Notes: generated from the sequence alone by a model not told the origin. DNA of 64,000 nt from a bacterium (GCA_963675755.2 CAXXMD010000002.1:640001-704000), one strand, 5' to 3'; shown: positions 30,501 through 41,597, counted from the stretch's first letter. Translations and numbers: made by a program.

Positions 30501-31880
30501 GTTCAAAACCATCCACCTCAAATATTTTCAACTCCTGATACAAGTGCGTATAATGGACATCTGTATACCTATCAAATTGACGCAAGGGACATTGAGAATG
30601 ATACGCTTTACTACGAGTTGGTCACAAATGGGGATTTCCTGGAAATTGATCCTGAAACCGGTTTTCTTTCTGGAACACCACAAGACTTACCGTATGGGCG
30701 TATTACAAATGTTACAATCCGTGTAAGTGATGATTCATCAACATGGGTTGAACAATATATTCCGCTAACAATAGATATATATACGACCAATATGGTAGTT
30801 AACGAGTTGTATATTCGAACGGATGACCTACCTAGTAACTATTTTATTGAACTTTATAATAATGATTCGAGAGGTTGCAATTTAAAGGATTGGCAATTAA
30901 CTTCTAAAGGTACATTTATTATAGATTATTCATACACACTTAATCCAGGTGAATTTATAATTGTAACCAAAGATACCGCAGCAGTACGGGGTATGGGCTC
31001 TAACGTTAAACATATGGTGCAATTGGATGAAGGTTTTGAATTAGATAGCACCCTGGTTCTAAAAAATGATAAAGGTCATTTGACAGATAGCATTCATGTT
31101 GATTATCTTATCAACAGCTTTCCCGATGCTGATGTTAATCTTTCACTTGAACTGGCCGACCCGAGTCTCGATAATTCAATTAAATACGGCTGGACAGCAA
31201 ACCAGGTCTTGATGGGAACACCGGGTAAGATGAATACCGTCTATCAGGATACAACCAATTATCCTCCATTCACACCAGCGATTATTAGAGCAACAGAAGA
31301 TACAGTTGATTTTAATAACTCTGTCACTTTAAAATGGAACAAGGCGGTAGATCTTGATAATGATGATGTAGAATATACCATTTGGTTTGCAAGTTTTGGA
31401 ACTTTTTCAAGAGATACCTTGATAACCGGTATAACAGATACCAGTTATACGCTTTTACTTGATGGCAGTATAACCGAAGAGCAAGGACAAATTCAATGGA
31501 GCTTGAAAACATCGGATTCCATCTATGAAATCCAATATCCGGATACCGTTCATTTTTATGTCGATTTTGCAACGGGTATAGACAAAGATGAAACCGTTCC
31601 ATTGACGTTTGATTTGTTGCAAAATTATCCCAATCCATTTAATCCTGTTACTACAATTCAGTATAATCTTGCTAAAAATACAAATGTGAATTTGACAATT
31701 TATAATATTCAGGGACAAATAGTAAAAACGCTTATAGATAACACTCAGGCTGCAGGTACATACCAGATTAACTGGGATGCTACGAATCAATTTGGCTCCA
31801 AAGTTTCAAGCGGACTTTATTTTTATAAATTGACAACGAGTTCATTTACAAAAACTAAAAAAATGATTGTATTGGATTAA
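27534..31880 (+). CDS. Large secreted surface protein: repeated beta-helix units, two lamin-tail domains, cadherin/Ig-like domain, FlgD/T9SS-like C-terminal sorting domain
   Basis: Signal peptide; [10 protein letters not shown]; [20 protein letters not shown] twice; [10 protein letters not shown]; [32 protein letters not shown]. Confidence 0.8.
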   Translation: MRAKLKKLFLVVMIFYSTCLFGLDVQGTIESDVTWTAANSPYNFTGDVYVQSSTLTIEENVVVNLNGNNLYVTYKYIGDGVYTTYPGKLNATNVEFNSSASSQSTLIFDGHKYDGTIYHADGTLTNCTFVNVKIDIQKYSKPSLISCAMTGANATAAITAQNGSFPTIQQCTISNYTFPMSIISGSQPVLLNNNFTGCLNEKILLSGDFTQRLYINQEYIELSDNYTLPNNGYTYVLLDDINIKGVKFTIASGNVLEMDGNSIFVNYILYSQENELFTSQLLADDVSFVGDDDLLSTIEFEGYRLDEINYWTYGTLNACHFDKVQINSAWYSSPNITNSEFVSNLDGVAISCEHGGQPVILGNSFSSYLYPIGVYSHGNPTIQTGNTFDCVNNSIAVSGDFEPVYSYKNNTHTFPSVYTFNNNGIPYQLDGDLNFSGKNISIPTDTEFNLNNHNLNIQPSIGDINYTGTVDINKSVFTNLNALGSINIYGVVDNDNPIIVNVDVDSSSFENIIFHCYHTSEPRFTNNNFDSEFNGTAIISHYGSSPVIDMNTFDGYDLAFGIEGFGTPELSNNDIDNCQYAGMGISGEFKQQYYDYDLNEYYVMSDSFYIDTFGYPYFLSNDMTVKGCTVTFASDLQVNLNGNNIIINYDYLDASTCVSGILYANQVKLLNTDEQFSSIELDGTEYLGVGYYSQCYIDECTLDNINFNVQSYAKPVIENNTIFANSGTAATLKFGSGITLLNNIIYGFENGITIANECDPLIEYNDFIEFSGLAINNTSNSAIDAFNNYWGDPSGPSHSSNPEGTGVSISDNVNFDPFSNRAINTLLPAVVINEIMYNPVESPLDSTQFIELYNSDTVAVNLQGWTITNSVEFEFTEETILEPNGYLVIAHHPPSIQDFYGPVDNIHRWESASFADNQGTITINNADGFQVDHVFFDAADLWPSKANGLGPSMELENYNINNNDASNWSASNEIFSPYGTPGKLNSACTVQNHPPQIFSTPDTSAYNGHLYTYQIDARDIENDTLYYELVTNGDFLEIDPETGFLSGTPQDLPYGRITNVTIRVSDDSSTWVEQYIPLTIDIYTTNMVVNELYIRTDDLPSNYFIELYNNDSRGCNLKDWQLTSKGTFIIDYSYTLNPGEFIIVTKDTAAVRGMGSNVKHMVQLDEGFELDSTLVLKNDKGHLTDSIHVDYLINSFPDADVNLSLELADPSLDNSIKYGWTANQVLMGTPGKMNTVYQDTTNYPPFTPAIIRATEDTVDFNNSVTLKWNKAVDLDNDDVEYTIWFASFGTFSRDTLITGITDTSYTLLLDGSITEEQGQIQWSLKTSDSIYEIQYPDTVHFYVDFATGIDKDETVPLTFDLLQNYPNPFNPVTTIQYNLAKNTNVNLTIYNIQGQIVKTLIDNTQAAGTYQINWDATNQFGSKVSSGLYFYKLTTSSFTKTKKMIVLD

Positions 31881-31900
31881 AGAAGGATGGGCGTGTATCC

Positions 31901-32929
31901 ATGGAAACCATGAAAGCACTTGTCAAAAAGCATCGCAAACCTGGATTGTGGCTGGAGGAAGTACCCAAGCCAACAATCGGTAATACTGATTTACTGGTAA
32001 AAATTACCAAAACGGCAATTTGTGGTACAGATGTTCATATTTATAAATGGGATGAATGGTCTCAAAAGACCATTAAAACTCCTATGACGATAGGGCATGA
32101 ATTTGTTGGCGTTGTGGTTGACAAGGGGGAGAATGTTACAAGATACAACATTGGGGACCGTGTGTCTGGTGAAGGACATATTGTTTGTGGCGTTTGCAGA
32201 AGCTGCAGAGCCGGACGTTTACATTTGTGTACCAACACCATTGGCATTGGTGTGAACCGTGATGGATGTTTTGCCGAATATCTAAGCCTTCCGGCATCGA
32301 ATGCATGGAAGTTAAGCCAAAACATACCTGATGATACAGCCGCATATTTTGATCCCTACGGTAATGCTACACATTCAGCGTTATCATTCGATCTTGTAGG
32401 TGAAGATGTTCTCATTACAGGTGCTGGCCCCATAGGACTAATCAGTTGTGCAATTGCGCGGCATGTAGGTGCACGTAATATTGTCATTACCGATGTGAAC
32501 GAGTATCGTCTTGAGCTTGCCCGGAAAATGGGCGTGACCTGTGCGGTTAATGTTGCAAAAACATCCATTGAACAATGTCGTAAAGAGCTGGGAATGATTG
32601 GTTTTGATATAGGATTGGAAATGTCTGGTAATCCCGTAGCCTTTGAATCTATGCTTGAGAACATGTACCCGGGTGGCAGAATTGCATTATTGGGTATTTT
32701 GCCGGGAAGAGCCCTGATTGATTGGGAACAGATCATTTTTAAAGGATTAACCATTAAAGGTATTTATGGTCGTGAAATGTTTGAAACCTGGTACAAAATG
32801 GAAACCATGCTGCAGAGTGGTCTGGATATTTCACCTGTATTAACACACCGTTTCCCCTTTGAAGAGTTTGAATCCGGCTTTGAAGTCATGCTTTCAGGAA
32901 ATTCTGGTAAAGTAGTACTTGAGCTATAG
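31901..32929 (+). CDS. tdh: L-threonine 3-dehydrogenase
   Basis: [41 protein letters not shown]; next to kbl. Confidence 0.95.
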   Translation: METMKALVKKHRKPGLWLEEVPKPTIGNTDLLVKITKTAICGTDVHIYKWDEWSQKTIKTPMTIGHEFVGVVVDKGENVTRYNIGDRVSGEGHIVCGVCRSCRAGRLHLCTNTIGIGVNRDGCFAEYLSLPASNAWKLSQNIPDDTAAYFDPYGNATHSALSFDLVGEDVLITGAGPIGLISCAIARHVGARNIVITDVNEYRLELARKMGVTCAVNVAKTSIEQCRKELGMIGFDIGLEMSGNPVAFESMLENMYPGGRIALLGILPGRALIDWEQIIFKGLTIKGIYGREMFETWYKMETMLQSGLDISPVLTHRFPFEEFESGFEVMLSGNSGKVVLEL

Positions 32930-32977
32930 AAATCATTTGAATGTTTTACAGTAAATTAAAATCGAGTTGGAGGCGCC

Positions 32978-34162
32978 ATGTACGGGGCAATCAAAGATGA
33001 TTTGCAGAACCAATTGAACGATATAAAAAATGCAGGATTGTACAAGAATGAACGTTTGATAACCGGTAAACAAGGTGCAGAAATTCAGGTTAAATCCGGT
33101 TCTGTTATCAATTTTTGTGCGAATAATTACCTGGGCTTGTCCGGGCACCCGGAAGTTATCAAAGCTGCTCAAAAAACAATGGACGAATGGGGATATGGAT
33201 TATCATCTGTTCGTTTCATCTGTGGAACACAGGATATTCATAAACAACTTGAAGCTAAAGTATCTGAATTTTTAAAAACAGAAGACACTATACTCTATGC
33301 TGCTTGTTTTGATGCAAATGGAGGGGTGTTTGAACCCTTTTTTAATCAGGATTGTGCTATCATTACTGATGCTTTAAATCATGCTTCTATTATAGATGGT
33401 ATCCGTTTAACCAAAGCCCAAAGGCATATATATACACATAATGATATGCAGGATCTGGAAGATAAATTAAAAGCAACCCAGGATGCTAAATATAGAATAA
33501 TCGCAACCGATGGTGTATTTTCTATGGATGGAGATATTGCTCCATTAAAAGAGATTTGTGATCTTGCGGACCGTTATGATGCCCTGGTAATGGTTGATGA
33601 TTGCCATGCTACCGGTTTTATGGGCAAAACCGGTAGAGGTATTACAGAGCATTGTGATGTTATGGGACGAGTTGATATCATAACAACAACATTTGGTAAA
33701 GCTTTGGGTGGAGCATCCGGTGGATGTGTATCTGGCAGAAAAGAAATAATCGAATTTTTACGCCAGAAAAGCCGTCCATATTTGTTCTCAAATACACTTG
33801 CGCCGGCCATTGTGGGTGCAACGCTTCGTGTATTGGAAATGTTAACAGCAAGCACCGAGTTGAGAGATAAATTGGAAGCAAACACAAAATATGTTCGTGA
33901 TAAATTTTCAAGCCTGGGATTCGATATTAAGCCCGGAACACATCCCATTATTGCTGTAATGCTTTATGATGAGAAAACAGCACATCAACTTGCTGATACT
34001 TTGCTGGATGAAGGCATATATGTCATTGGCTTCAGCTATCCGGTTGTTCCAAAAGGTCAGGCACGCATTCGTGTACAAATATCTGCTGCTCATGATAAAG
34101 AACATTTGGATAAGCTTGTCAACGCATTTGAAAAAGTTGGTAAATCAATGGGTATATTATAA
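32978..34162 (+). CDS. kbl: 2-amino-3-ketobutyrate CoA ligase (glycine C-acetyltransferase)
   Basis: [48 protein letters not shown]. Confidence 0.95.
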   Translation: MYGAIKDDLQNQLNDIKNAGLYKNERLITGKQGAEIQVKSGSVINFCANNYLGLSGHPEVIKAAQKTMDEWGYGLSSVRFICGTQDIHKQLEAKVSEFLKTEDTILYAACFDANGGVFEPFFNQDCAIITDALNHASIIDGIRLTKAQRHIYTHNDMQDLEDKLKATQDAKYRIIATDGVFSMDGDIAPLKEICDLADRYDALVMVDDCHATGFMGKTGRGITEHCDVMGRVDIITTTFGKALGGASGGCVSGRKEIIEFLRQKSRPYLFSNTLAPAIVGATLRVLEMLTASTELRDKLEANTKYVRDKFSSLGFDIKPGTHPIIAVMLYDEKTAHQLADTLLDEGIYVIGFSYPVVPKGQARIRVQISAAHDKEHLDKLVNAFEKVGKSMGIL

Positions 34163-34168
34163 ATCATC

Positions 34169-34202
34169 AAGCCCGGGATAAATCCTGTTCCGGGCTTATT
34201 TT
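34169..34202 (+). terminator. Probable intrinsic terminator
   Basis: AAGCCCGG…CCGGGCTT-ATTTT. Confidence 0.6.
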
Positions 34203-34241
34203 CTACTTTAATTCCATCAAAAATTTTCATACATTCATTCC

Positions 34242-35303
34242 ATGAAAAATAAAAGACAAACAAAAGCAGTTATGGTTGGAAATGTGCAAATTGGTGGCGG
34301 TGCCCCTGTATCTGTACAATCCATGACCAATACAAAAACCAAAAATGTTAAAAAAACCCTAAAGCAAATTCAATTGCTTGAAAGCGCAGGTTGCCAGATT
34401 GTCAGGTTGGCAGTAAATAATCAAAAAGCACTTGAAGGTTTTGCTGAACTCCGCAAAAAAGTTTCCATTCCTCTGGTTGCAGATATTCACTTTGATCATA
34501 AATTGGCTCTTGGCGCAATGGATGCCGGAGCAGACAAGATTCGGATCAATCCCGGAAATATTGGCAAAGAAGAACGTGTAAAAAAGGTTGTACAAAAAGC
34601 AATCGATTGCAATATACCCATCCGTGTAGGAGTTAATTCCGGGTCCATTTCTAAAAAAATTCTCAAGGAGGAGGGAGGACCAACTGTTAACGCCTTGGTC
34701 CGAAGCGGCCTGGAACACCTGGATCTTTGCCGTGAATTTGGTGCTGAACATCTTGTATTGTCATTAAAATCTTCTGATGTGATTAAGACCATTGAGGCAT
34801 ATCGCCTTGCTGCAGAAAAAACAGATGTACCACTGCATATTGGAGTTACGGAAGCAGGTACCCTGAAATCCGGAACCATTAAATCCGCTGTGGGGCTCGG
34901 TATTCTTTTACATGAAGGCATTGGTGATACTCTCCGTGTATCACTGACAGGGGATCCTGTTGATGAAGTTTATACCGGATTTGAAATACTCAAGAGTTTG
35001 GGACTGTATGAAAAGGGGATTGAGATTATTTCTTGTCCCACTTGCGGTCGTACAGAAGTAGATCTGATCTCTATAGTTAATGATGTAGAGACACGTCTTG
35101 CAAATGTTTCCAAGCACTTGACCGTTGCTATTATGGGATGTGTAGTAAATGGACCGGGTGAAGCCAAAGAAGCGGATGTAGGTGTTGCTTGTGGAAAGAA
35201 AAGTGCAGTGCTCTTTAAAAAAGGCAAGATTATTAAAAAAATAAAAGAATCAGAAATTATTGATACCTTGGTGAATGAAGTACAAAACTGGCCGGATCAA
35301 TAA
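34242..35303 (+). CDS. ispG: (E)-4-hydroxy-3-methylbut-2-enyl-diphosphate synthase
   Basis: VQSMTNT, ADIHF, RINPGN, HIGVTEAG, GDTLRVSLT, SCPTCGR, MGCVVNGPGEA. Confidence 0.96.
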   Translation: MKNKRQTKAVMVGNVQIGGGAPVSVQSMTNTKTKNVKKTLKQIQLLESAGCQIVRLAVNNQKALEGFAELRKKVSIPLVADIHFDHKLALGAMDAGADKIRINPGNIGKEERVKKVVQKAIDCNIPIRVGVNSGSISKKILKEEGGPTVNALVRSGLEHLDLCREFGAEHLVLSLKSSDVIKTIEAYRLAAEKTDVPLHIGVTEAGTLKSGTIKSAVGLGILLHEGIGDTLRVSLTGDPVDEVYTGFEILKSLGLYEKGIEIISCPTCGRTEVDLISIVNDVETRLANVSKHLTVAIMGCVVNGPGEAKEADVGVACGKKSAVLFKKGKIIKKIKESEIIDTLVNEVQNWPDQ

Positions 35304-35375
35304 ATTATATTTTTCTATTCATTATTTGAGAAATTTTTTATTATATTTCCACACACAATTTGGAGGTTGTTAAGG

Positions 35376-35930
35376 ATGAAAAGACCAATTGTTACAGAAA
35401 TAATATTGATTCTAGCTCTTGTTTCCTTTTCAGTGTTTGCACAGGGCAATGCACCAAACGTAAATCTTACAAAGTTCAAGTATATTAATGTAGATACAGA
35501 AAACCTGAGAATGGGACCCAACGATAAAGTTATTGGCACAGCCCTTAAAGGTACAACAGTTCAGGTTATACAGGAAACAGATGAATGGGCGCTTGTTCAA
35601 ATGGTTGCGTGGATTTGGAAAGGCTCATTGACTAATGTAAAACCTGATGTTTTAAAAGGCGAATATCATGCATTGCATATTATGGTTTCTTCAAGAGATC
35701 AGGCAGAATCCATTCTGCGTGATTTAAGAAACGGTAAAAAAGAGTTCAGTGCCGCAGCCAAAGAATATTCCATTGCACCCAGTGCACAAAAAGGCGGTGA
35801 TCTCGGTTATTTTAACAAGGGTGATTTTTCCAAAGAATTTGAAGATGCAATATTGAAACTCAAAACAGATGAAATTAGTGAAGTAGTGCAAACACCGCTG
35901 GGATTCAATATTTTTAAACGCATTAAATAA
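35376..35930 (+). CDS. Exported SH3 + PpiC/parvulin-type peptidyl-prolyl isomerase
   Basis: Signal peptide; ENLRMGP SH3-like segment; HIMV..FSAAAKEYS..GGDLGYF..TPLGF. Confidence 0.8.
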   Translation: MKRPIVTEIILILALVSFSVFAQGNAPNVNLTKFKYINVDTENLRMGPNDKVIGTALKGTTVQVIQETDEWALVQMVAWIWKGSLTNVKPDVLKGEYHALHIMVSSRDQAESILRDLRNGKKEFSAAAKEYSIAPSAQKGGDLGYFNKGDFSKEFEDAILKLKTDEISEVVQTPLGFNIFKRIK

Positions 35931-35933
35931 TCC

Positions 35934-36629
35934 ATGGAACGTCCTTTAAAATCAGAAATGAACTGCTTGATTGTTTTACCCGTCTACAATGAAGCGGATT
36001 ATATTTCATCTCTGGTTGAATCGATTTTGACATATCAAAATCAGATTGATATACTTTTAGTCAATGACGGGTCAACAGATGAAACCGCACAGGTAATTGA
36101 TAAACTGCCTGTCAAGATCATTCATCATGACCGGAACAAAGGTAAAGGTGCGGCAATTCGCACAGCTATTCAATATGGTAAAGAGAATGGATATGACTGG
36201 ATCATCACAATGGATGGAGATGGTCAGCATCCACCTGAATATTTGAATGGTTTTCTTGAGGAAATAGCTCTGGACAGAGCGGATCTTGTTTTAGGAAATC
36301 GTCAATCCCGTGAACAAGGCATGCCATTTCACAGACGCTTGAGTAACGGTACTACCTCTGTCATGGTATCCTTGTGTGCCGGTAATAACAGAATTCATGA
36401 CAGCCAGTGTGGATACAGGGCATTGCGGTTAAACAAATTCCATGATTCAAATTATACCCAATCGGGATTTCAATTTGAATCTGAAATGATTTTAAGAATG
36501 GGTAAATCCCGGTGTAGAATTACAGAAATACCAGTCAGTACCCATTATGGAAATGAAGCAAGCTCTATACACCTGGTATATGATACATTAAGATTCGTTA
36601 AACTGATCATTAACAGTTTTTTTTGGTAA
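35934..36629 (+). CDS. GT2 (DPM1-like) glycosyltransferase
   Basis: LPVYNE, VNDGSTD, NKGKGAA, MDGDGQH, DSQCGYR. Confidence 0.88.
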   Translation: MERPLKSEMNCLIVLPVYNEADYISSLVESILTYQNQIDILLVNDGSTDETAQVIDKLPVKIIHHDRNKGKGAAIRTAIQYGKENGYDWIITMDGDGQHPPEYLNGFLEEIALDRADLVLGNRQSREQGMPFHRRLSNGTTSVMVSLCAGNNRIHDSQCGYRALRLNKFHDSNYTQSGFQFESEMILRMGKSRCRITEIPVSTHYGNEASSIHLVYDTLRFVKLIINSFFW

Positions 36630-36638
36630 AGGAAAATT

Positions 36639-37136
36639 ATGCAGGAACAGATTATATATTATTTATCATCGTTACCCAACGAGTTAATTACTGTCATTAT
36701 ATCCATGCTGCCTATTGTTGAGCTGCGTGGAGCGATTCCCTGGGCATTGGCAGGACCGCCCATTGGTGGTGGATTACCAGTTTATTCCGCTGTATTTTTT
36801 GCAATCATTGGCAATTTGATTCCAGTCATACCCTTGCTGTTATTTTTTGAAAAAATCTATAAATGGTTATCACCTGTACCCGTGTTTAACCGATTCTTTG
36901 AATGGCTGTTCAATCGTACCCGTAAAAAAGGCGAACTGATTGAAAAGTACGAGTTTTGGGGACTTGTTGTATTTGTGGGTATCCCATTACCGGTAACAGG
37001 TGCCTGGACAGGCACACTGGCTGCTTTTTTATTTGGAATAAAATTATGGAAATCTTTTCTAGCCATAATTTTGGGCTTGCTTATGTCTTCCACAATTGTT
37101 ACATTATTAAGCTTGGGAGTAATTAGCTTATTTTAA
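36639..37136 (+). CDS. Putative small multidrug export family membrane protein (COG2426-like)
   Basis: MLPIVELRGAIP, FVGIPLPVTGAWTG. Confidence 0.85.
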   Translation: MQEQIIYYLSSLPNELITVIISMLPIVELRGAIPWALAGPPIGGGLPVYSAVFFAIIGNLIPVIPLLLFFEKIYKWLSPVPVFNRFFEWLFNRTRKKGELIEKYEFWGLVVFVGIPLPVTGAWTGTLAAFLFGIKLWKSFLAIILGLLMSSTIVTLLSLGVISLF

Positions 37137-37143
37137 ACAAGAT

Positions 37144-37218
37144 CGGGGCGTAGCGCAGTCCGGTTAGCGCGCCTGCTTCGGGAGTAGGAGGTCGGAAGTT
37201 CGAATCTTCTCGCCCCGA
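37144..37218 (+). tRNA. tRNA-Pro (anticodon CGG), CCA not encoded
   Basis: CGGGGCG/CGCCCCG acceptor stem; anticodon arm CCTGC-TTCGGGA-GTAGG; T-loop GTTCGAATC. Confidence 0.95.
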
Positions 37219-37221
37219 CTG

Positions 37222-37254
37222 AAAGCCTGAATTTGAATACGTTCAGGCTTTTTT
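37222..37254 (+). terminator. Intrinsic terminator after the tRNA
   Basis: AAAGCCTGAA…TTCAGGCTTTTTT. Confidence 0.75.
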
Positions 37255-37411
37255 AGTATTTACAATATCTATTCAAACAAATTTATGGGGAAATCAAATT
37301 AATATTTTAATCAAAATATATACTATCTTATTTGAAAAAATTAAATACCCATCAAATACAATTTAATTGGTAATTTTTAAAACAACAATTAACCAAAAAG
37401 GGGAATTTTTG

Positions 37412-38107
37412 ATGCATAAAATTTACGTTGTTTTAATAATCTTTCTAACTCAACTTGCTTTCGCAGGCTATGGAGTTGGAACTTCAGCTTTTGTTTCTTT
37501 AACATCTATGCCACCTGATGCACCAGTGCTGGCTGCGCCAACCCATGGCGCTACAGGTATTGCAGACTCTACCGCACTTGCATGGCATTCACAATTGCAT
37601 ACATCCGGTTTTCAGTTGCAATTATCCACATTTCCAGATTTTAGTACGACGCTAATTGATGCTGATGGCATAAGTGATACTTTGCTATCTGTTTCCGAAC
37701 TCGATCTCGGAACTTTGCATTACTGGCGAGTGAGTGCTTTTAATGCTGCAGGTGTTGGAGGCTATTCACCCACCTGGACATTTACCACGGTCCATCCAGA
37801 TAACGTTAAAGAGTTAACTTTAACACCTAAATCTTTCGCATTACTACCTGTGTATCCCAATCCTTTTAATCCGACTGCCTTTATAACTTATCATCTGCCA
37901 AAAACTGCCAAGGTTTCACTGGTTATTTACAACAGCGTTGGTCAGGCTATACACACACTTTTCAACGGACAACAACAGGCCGGTCGTTACACGATGCAAT
38001 GGGACGGTCACGACAATTATGGTCATTCTGTTACCAGCGGAATGTACCTGTGCCGGTTCTCAAGCGGTGAACATGTATTTGTTCAGAAAATGCTGTTATT
38101 GCGATAA
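37412..38107 (+). CDS. Small secreted FN3-like + FlgD/T9SS-like sorting domain protein
   Basis: Signal peptide ending AFA; HYWRVSAFN FN3 motif; VYPNPFNP..IYNSVGQ..WDG..SGMYL..KMLLLR. Confidence 0.75.
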   Translation: MHKIYVVLIIFLTQLAFAGYGVGTSAFVSLTSMPPDAPVLAAPTHGATGIADSTALAWHSQLHTSGFQLQLSTFPDFSTTLIDADGISDTLLSVSELDLGTLHYWRVSAFNAAGVGGYSPTWTFTTVHPDNVKELTLTPKSFALLPVYPNPFNPTAFITYHLPKTAKVSLVIYNSVGQAIHTLFNGQQQAGRYTMQWDGHDNYGHSVTSGMYLCRFSSGEHVFVQKMLLLR

Positions 38108-38142
38108 TTCGTTGAATGTTGATCTGAAACCAAGAGGCAGAA

Positions 38143-40014
38143 ATGAAAAAAAATATAATTTTATTGATATTATTCATAATTAACGGATTACTTTTCGCAG
38201 CTGATCCGATTGTGGAAAATGTACGAGTAGAACAACGTGTAGATGGTTCATTACTTGTGGATATTTATTATGATGTTACTGATTCTGATGGAGATACATT
38301 AACTATTGCTGTGAATGTATCTGACGATAATGGAACAAGCTGGATGCCATGTTTAAGTGTAAGTGGTGATGTCGGTACCAATGTAATTTCCGGTACTGCA
38401 AAACATATCGTATGGGATTTTTTAACAGACAATCCAAATATCCGTGGTGATAATTTTCAGGTCAAGGTTATCGCTGCCGACAAGGAAACTCTACTGGATA
38501 TTGATGGTAATATTTACAAAACAGTTCAGATTGGCACTCAGATTTGGATGGCTGAAAATTTAAAAGTAACTCATTATAGAAATGGGGAGCCAATCCCTAA
38601 TGTAACTGACGATGTCGAATGGAGTCGCTTGGCAACTGGAGGTTTTTGCTATTATAATAATGCAGACAGTAATGCTGTGGATTATGGTGCTCTTTATAAC
38701 TGGTACGCCTTTGATGATGAGAGAAATATTGCTCCAGTAGGTTGGCATATTCCGACAGAAGAAGAATGGAAAAAAATGGAAGTTTTTCTGGGAATGAGTC
38801 TGGATGAAGTTGAACAAAGTGGTTGGCGTGGCCCTGGCATAGGTAACAAACTCAAAGACAATGATATGCGGTACTGGAATAATGAAAACAATGGTGCAAC
38901 TAATGAAAGTGGATTTAGTGCAAGACCCGGTGGTTATCGTAACGGTAACAATGGTAGTTTTCATGATATGGGTGATACAGTGCTCTTGTGGTCTTGGGAA
39001 GAGTATGATAATAATAATGCATGGAATCGAAATCTGTTCTTTGAAGACAATGAAGTATATCTCGGTATTACACAAAAGCGTATTGGGATTTCTGTTCGTC
39101 TCGTGTGTGATATTCCTGCTAAAGTAAAAATCACAGAACTAAATATATCACCCCAGGACACTTTATTAAATACCGGTGATACCTGTCAGTTTACCTGTAT
39201 AGCAAAATATACAGATGGTAGTGTTGAAGATGTAACCTCTTTTGCATCCTGGTCTATTTTATCAGGTACTTCTGGAAGCATTGATGATACAGGACTTTTT
39301 AAAGCGGATGATCTGAGTGAGGGAGACATAGTAGTACATGCTGATTATCAGAATATAACTGCGGTTGCCAATCTAAGTGTTCAATTTCCACCTGGGATGG
39401 GCTCAGTCACCGATATTGATGGCAATGTATACAAAACTGTAACTATTGGTGATCAAGTTTGGATGGCAGAAAACCTAAAAGTAACTCACTATAGAAATGG
39501 CGATCCAATTCCCAATGTTTCAAGTAATAATCAATGGCCGTATTTATACATTGGTGCTTTGTGTTATTATAATAATGATTTCAGTAATGCAGAGGGATAT
39601 GGTGCACTTTACAACTGGTATGCAGTTGTTGATGCCCGTAATATTGCTCCTGAGGGCTGGCATGTTCCTACTAATAACGAATGGGAAACATTGGTTGATT
39701 TTCTTGGTGGGAAAAAAATAGCTGGAGGTAAACTTAAGGAAACAGGTACTAAAGAGGCTGGTACTGGATTCTGGCAAGAACCGAATGCCAGTGCAACCAA
39801 TGAATTCGGGTTCAGCGCTCGACCTGGAGGCTACCGATTGGGCAGTAATGGCTCTTTTGAACAATTAGAGTGCGATGGCCGTTATTGGACAGCAACAGAA
39901 TACTATACAAATATTGCCTGGTTCCGATTTATGACACATGATAACGCTGATGTTTACCGTAGTAACTACTATACTCAGGGAGGTTTTTCTGTTCGGTTAA
40001 TTAAGGATAATTAA
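38143..40014 (+). CDS. Secreted protein with an N-terminal Ig-like domain, two FISUMP (Fib_succ_major) domains and an intervening Ig-like (Big_2) domain
   Basis: DIDGNxYKTVxIGxQxWMAENL..YGALYNWYA..PxGWHxP..GFSARPGG..SVRL occurs twice. Confidence 0.88.
   Translation: MKKNIILLILFIINGLLFAADPIVENVRVEQRVDGSLLVDIYYDVTDSDGDTLTIAVNVSDDNGTSWMPCLSVSGDVGTNVISGTAKHIVWDFLTDNPNIRGDNFQVKVIAADKETLLDIDGNIYKTVQIGTQIWMAENLKVTHYRNGEPIPNVTDDVEWSRLATGGFCYYNNADSNAVDYGALYNWYAFDDERNIAPVGWHIPTEEEWKKMEVFLGMSLDEVEQSGWRGPGIGNKLKDNDMRYWNNENNGATNESGFSARPGGYRNGNNGSFHDMGDTVLLWSWEEYDNNNAWNRNLFFEDNEVYLGITQKRIGISVRLVCDIPAKVKITELNISPQDTLLNTGDTCQFTCIAKYTDGSVEDVTSFASWSILSGTSGSIDDTGLFKADDLSEGDIVVHADYQNITAVANLSVQFPPGMGSVTDIDGNVYKTVTIGDQVWMAENLKVTHYRNGDPIPNVSSNNQWPYLYIGALCYYNNDFSNAEGYGALYNWYAVVDARNIAPEGWHVPTNNEWETLVDFLGGKKIAGGKLKETGTKEAGTGFWQEPNASATNEFGFSARPGGYRLGSNGSFEQLECDGRYWTATEYYTNIAWFRFMTHDNADVYRSNYYTQGGFSVRLIKDN
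38497..40011 (+). repeat. Intragenic duplication of the FISUMP domain (about 38497-39111 and 39412-40011)
   Basis: Still visible at DNA level: GATATTGATGG…TGGATGGC.GAAAA..TAAAAGTAACTCA.TATAGAAATGG in both copies. Confidence 0.8.
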
Positions 40015-40118
40015 CTGTAATAAAGTATAAGAAAAAATCCCTTTTAGAGTAAAAGTACAGATAGAGTAAGGGCTTGTCTCTGGCACATTGAATCTTTTCA
40101 CTCCAAATGTACAAATTT

Positions 40119-40149
40119 AGCCTGGATATCAATTCATCCAGGCTTTTTT
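40119..40149. terminator. Intrinsic terminator between convergent genes
   Basis: AGCCTGGAT…ATCCAGGCT-TTTTT. Confidence 0.7.
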
Positions 40150-40154
40150 ATTGA

Positions 40155-41336
40155 TTAAAGCTCTTTACTTGTTTCAACACGTTGATTATCATTAAAAAGA
40201 TAATTGCTTAAACCCAGCAATAAATAGGCTTCCTGTCGTACCATGGTTCTGTCATCATTTAATTTAAATTTAAAGTGACCATCTGGTTTTTTATATGCAG
40301 CAAGCTGGGGCAGGATCGTTTCTCGTATCGTTTCATATTTCTTTTCTTTTGCAAAAGTATAAATCAGCATCCCCAAACTCCACAATCGCGAGTTGAACTC
40401 TTTGTTTTGATATCCCTTTTCATTGTATTCATACCAGGTATTGCGTGTGTAAAATTTTGAAGAATGGTTGATGACTTTATCCCAATCCACATTTACCTCA
40501 CCACCATAATCTCTAAAATTCCGAATGCCTTCAACAATATAACACATGTGCAACAAGTCATGCGGTCTTGGGCTGTATGAACCATAATCCCAAAAGATAT
40601 TTTCGTTACTATCTTTTTGATAATTTTCCATCAAAATATCGATAATGTGTTTACTTTTTTTGTTCAAACAATTTTTCAATTTTTCATTATTGGTAATATG
40701 AGCAAATCGTTTCATTTGTCCTGCCAGGTAAACAGCAGGATTATAAGAGTCGTAGCCCAAATCATTGGGATTAAAAGAATATCCCGGAATATCCATGGGT
40801 GAATGATTGCAATCATCCAGATAGGGAGTAAAGCATTGTGTAACAATTTCTTGTATTTTTGTAGTCACAAGAGTATCCGTTTCCAGGTCGTACCAGTCAA
40901 GCAATCCATTCAATGCAAAAGCGGTTGTTATTGTATACTCTTGATGCGGCTGGTTGGTTGTTTTATCAGCAAATGCATCCCAGGGATCTGCCAGCCCATA
41001 GCCGTGAATTCCATTATGATTCAGATCCGAATTTTTCAGTAACCAATTACCGCATATACGAACAATTTTCAAAGCAAGAGAATCCTGTGTGAATTTGTAC
41101 CGGTTGCATTCTGCACTTAATATGAGTCCATAAGCCATTGGACGGTCTTTTTTTATTGAATCAAACACATCAATACCTCGCCCCGGATATTCTTTATCAA
41201 GGCTGTTAACAATTGAGTAATATGCTTCAAAAGCATTAAATAAAACAGGTTCTTCAATTGAAGTATTTTTGAAAATTAAACATGCGGAAAAGAATAATAA
41301 CGACAATAAAACGAACGAAAAAAAAGATTTTTTCAT
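40155..41336 (-). CDS. Hypothetical lipoprotein, possible (alpha/alpha)-barrel glycan-modifying fold
   Basis: Lipobox FSAC; helical repeats with W/Y-rich loops (WDYG..DLLHMCYIVEG); fold call is inference. Confidence 0.5.
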   Translation of the reverse strand: MKKSFFSFVLLSLLFFSACLIFKNTSIEEPVLFNAFEAYYSIVNSLDKEYPGRGIDVFDSIKKDRPMAYGLILSAECNRYKFTQDSLALKIVRICGNWLLKNSDLNHNGIHGYGLADPWDAFADKTTNQPHQEYTITTAFALNGLLDWYDLETDTLVTTKIQEIVTQCFTPYLDDCNHSPMDIPGYSFNPNDLGYDSYNPAVYLAGQMKRFAHITNNEKLKNCLNKKSKHIIDILMENYQKDSNENIFWDYGSYSPRPHDLLHMCYIVEGIRNFRDYGGEVNVDWDKVINHSSKFYTRNTWYEYNEKGYQNKEFNSRLWSLGMLIYTFAKEKKYETIRETILPQLAAYKKPDGHFKFKLNDDRTMVRQEAYLLLGLSNYLFNDNQRVETSKEL

Positions 41337-41597
41337 TTTTCCCCCAGACATATTTCATTAACAGTTCTTGGTACAAGAATTTCAGAGAATTAAGAATGTA
41401 AATAATTCGGTAACCCCTGGTATAACTTTGTACAAAAAAAATAAAATTTTAATTTATTTAGTAAATAATAACTATTTTATATGTTTTATTCAAGTCTTTT
41501 TTATTTTATAAATATAATAAACGTATGGAATATTCCTAATCCGTTATATAACATATGTTTCAGTGCATTGATCAATGTTCAGATTAAAGAGTTTATA

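Noticed and set aside
38143-40150. Complete diversity-generating retroelement
   Set aside because: No reverse transcriptase or template repeat in the window; the two domain copies differ at all base types, not only adenines
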